Assembly: GCA_964252035.1 (NCBI GenBank)
Contig: OZ176200.1
DNA from: Podarcis erhardii
Taxonomy: Eukaryota
Direction: 5' to 3' (one strand)
Length of the DNA stretch: 64,000 nt
The stretch's first letter is position 1. Each line of letters begins with the position of its first letter. Shown here one piece after another: positions 61,136 through 64,000 of this stretch. The position numbers were made by a program, and so were the translations under genes. The notes under the pieces are model-generated. The model was not told where the DNA came from, ran no database searches, and was given only the letters and a program-made list of their open reading frames with translations.

Positions 61136-61736
61136 CATTTACAGTGGTAGGCAACCCAATCTGTTAATGTCTTATTACATTAAACTTGGAGCACCTCAGG
61201 AACTGCTATATAAAATTCAATCAAATATATCCCCGGCCATGGTGTGCCTTAACTTTGATATCATTGCTAAGCAGTAAGCAAGGAATCAATGCAAGCTTAT
61301 TGAATGTGGCAGGAGATGTGTTTGAAAGTGTAGGCATTGATTTTTCTGTATTATAAACAAACAAATATTGATAAAACTTTGCACATGGAAAATAGATCTT
61401 GCCTTTACTGTAATGAACAACAGAAATTTTAACAGGAAAAGCTGCTCAGAGCTGCACCTGTAATAGCTTATGAAGTAGATGTTTTATTATGCTAATATCG
61501 GTGACATTAAATTAATATATTTTGGGCCTCCAGCAGAAATTGCTAAGGAACCATTTCCATTTATTTCAATATTGAATTTAATAGCTGTATACTTAATGAA
61601 GAATTTAATGAAAAGAGATAATGGAAATTTGATGTATGGAAAATGCAAAGAAGATGTGCATGTAGGGGGATCTGGTGTTCTGGTCCACTTCACTTTCTTG
61701 TGGTTATTAAGCTTTGCAAGGCAAAACACACACACG

Positions 61737-61742
<6 letters not shown>

Positions 61743-61779
<37 letters not shown>
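61743..61779 (+). repeat. (GA)n microsatellite
   Basis: Direct reading. Confidence 0.95.
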
Positions 61780-61782
<3 letters not shown>

Positions 61783-62029
61783 AATTCCATCATCTGCAGT
61801 AATGTTTTGAAGTCCTGGATTCATCCAAGTAATTAATCTTTTGTTTCTCGGAGGCCAAGAAACGCATCACATATTGAATACTTACGATTGAATCTATCTA
61901 TTTGTACAGCAGTTCAGGGCTGGATTTGCCCTTGCAGGACATTAGTATGTGGCTAACAGAGACATATAGGGGACATCTTGTTCACTACCAGGAAAAAGAA
62001 GCAGAGAGCCTGAATTTGAGCAGAAGGTA

Positions 62030-62469
62030 GCATAAATGGAGCAAGTGGATAGAGAATAGTTTTTCTTGCTCTCTCTAAACACTAGAACTCAGGGACATCC
62101 AAGGAAACTTACTGCTGGAAGAGTCGGCAGACAAAGCAAAGCATTTCTTCACACTGCACCTAGTTAATCAATTGAACTTGGCCCCACAAGAGGCAGTGAT
62201 GGCCACCAACTTGAATGGATTGAAAAACTAATGAAACAAATTCATGGAGGACAAGGCTATCAGTGGCTACCAACCGTGATGGCTATGTTCCACCTCCACT
62301 GTCTGAAGCAGTATGCTTCTTAATACCGGTTGTTGGGAACTGCAGGTGGACAGAGTGCAGTTGTGCCCAGGTGAGCTTCCCATAGGCATCTGGTTTGCCG
62401 CTGTGAGAACAGGATACTAGACTAGATTGGCCACTGGCCTGTTCCAGCACACGCTTCCTGTGTTCTTAA
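62030..62469 (+). mobile_element. Old CR1 3' fragment
   Basis: AATTCATGGAGGA(C/T)AAGGCTATCAG and CTGTGAGAACAGGATA blocks shared with 41452-42485. Confidence 0.75.
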
Positions 62470-64000
62470 GAAAGGGAGGTATAAATAACCCTACACCAGT
62501 CCTCTGCTCCTGATTTCAGTCTCCTGTGGCTGCTCTCTGGAGGCAGGAAGGGTCTTAGAGCCGCCCATCACATGTATTTGGGCCCCGGGTCCCTTGATAT
62601 TCCAGTAACTTATATTTTTAAGTTACAATGGATTCGGTCAACCAGACGCATGCTGTAACTGCTTAGTTCTCACCATACTTCCATAGATAGAATTCAGCAC
62701 TGAATGAAATAAGTATCATTTCTGGGTAAACATGCCTATTAGGGAATGCAACATCAAGGTTTTGCAATGGGAAGGGATCTATTTGGGGGGATCTGTTTTG
62801 GTGTAAGAATAATGAAAACTGAAATGGGAAGCGTTGAAACCTACGGCCCCTGAAAACCTGCCCTCTTTGGCCCTTCATAGTGATTGAAGCACCACTAGGG
62901 AGAACGAAAGAGCAGCATTAGTATCTTAAACTGTGTAAACAGAAGCTTGGCAAAACTAATTGAAGTGTGTTAAATGTATGTTTAAAAAATAGTTCCTCTC
63001 CATCTTCATTTGAAAGCGGAAACTGAAAGTGTCAAACAATACAAGCAGAGGCAGTCGCAAGCCTTTGCGAGGAGGGGAATAAGTATCCCCATTGATTTGG
63101 CACAATGGCTTCTAGATGCATTAGGTATAATTACAGGCTCCAAACCCCGGCTCACCTGGAGTTGCTGCCCTTTGAAATGGGCACATGCTTTTGTATTCAT
63201 CTCGAGCTTCATGTACCACTCTGTGGGTTTTACCTGTAACTGCACCAGCGGGGTGTTTTCTCACGACAAAGATGAATGCAGCTTTTTGTGCCATCCCAGC
63301 ATGATTTGTCCTATTTTCTCATGCCATTATCAAGAAAGGGTAGCATGCATCTATTATAAATATTTGAAACTCGAGCCCACTGTGACAGGCGCTTGCTTGA
63401 GCAGGGAAGGAGCGTGAGCTGACGCAAGGATACCTTAGGAAGCAAGGGCATTCAGGGAACTCTTAAAAGCCATCAGAGCAGATAAAAGTTTGAGGTCCCC
63501 CCCACCCCACTTTCATTCTTTCCCCCCGTCTTCTCTGAGTTTTTTTTAAACTTTGCAAAACAGCCAGATGCCAATGGTGCCAGAATCAGCACCGCTATCG
63601 TATAAGATTAGAAATCTCTCATGGTTGCATAGCACAGTTAGAGGGAAAAGAACTGTATGGTCAACCAAACCAAACATACTTTCTTAATGTTTTTCTTGAC
63701 CCACCCTAACACCATTAGAAGAGTCTTCTAAATATAGTTGTTGTTGTTTTATTTAGCAAGATTTATATATGCTTAATCTCTCACACACCAAAATACGTAA
63801 TCACTTTATATAAAATAGCCTATTTTACTAACTAGGAATGCTATAAAATGGGTGGCCAGTCCAGGCCAGCCTATGAAAGGAGGGGTGGTATGTCAGAATA
63901 TTGAGGGGTGGGGTGGAAATAGCAGGGGGAGAAAAACAGACATGGTAGAAGGCATCCACTTTCCATTCTGCCCGGTATTTGCTGCATGAGCACTGTTTCC

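Noticed and set aside
63010-63030. IRF/ISRE-like GAAAGCGGAAACTGAAAG
   Set aside because: Short A-rich motif expected by chance; no supporting context.
1-64000. CRISPR arrays, rRNA genes, endogenous non-retroviral virus genes
   Set aside because: None seen; vertebrate intronic DNA whose repeats are explained by TEs and microsatellites.

Overview
Squamate genomic DNA, most likely a lacertid lizard (inferred from Sauria-type SINEs and lizard L2/CR1/Penelope repeats). The window lies inside the F-spondin gene SPON1 (+ strand). Only one coding exon is present (10155-10303); everything else is intronic, and I did not find the next exon in the remaining ~53.7 kb. Positions 1-5790 are a three-level nested insertion: a young chromodomain Ty3/Gypsy (Tf1/sushi-type) element on the minus strand has inserted into the RNase H region of a related plus-strand copy, which itself sits in the endonuclease region of an L2 LINE. 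The long-ORF signal in the track comes from these TEs, a CR1 fragment and a TSD-bounded poly(A) retroelement with a 191-aa ORF and no RT. Highlights: (1) the whole U3 region of both LTRs is an open 116-codon ORF (acidic N-terminus, HMGN-like RRSARL motif), and as assembled it is fused in frame to integrase-chromodomain; (2) a Tf1-like self-priming signature replaces a tRNA PBS; (3) a PEG10-like -1 frameshift cassette is present, but gag and pol are in frame in this copy; (4) a 93-bp Penelope-type insertion carries a minimal hammerhead ribozyme, sense to the SPON1 pre-mRNA; (5) the 1.85-kb poly(A) retroelement looks like a HAL1-type non-autonomous L1 derivative. Points 1 and 3 depend on single homopolymer lengths and need read-level checking. 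There is a 497-N assembly gap. Repeat family names come from recognition by eye, not database searches.
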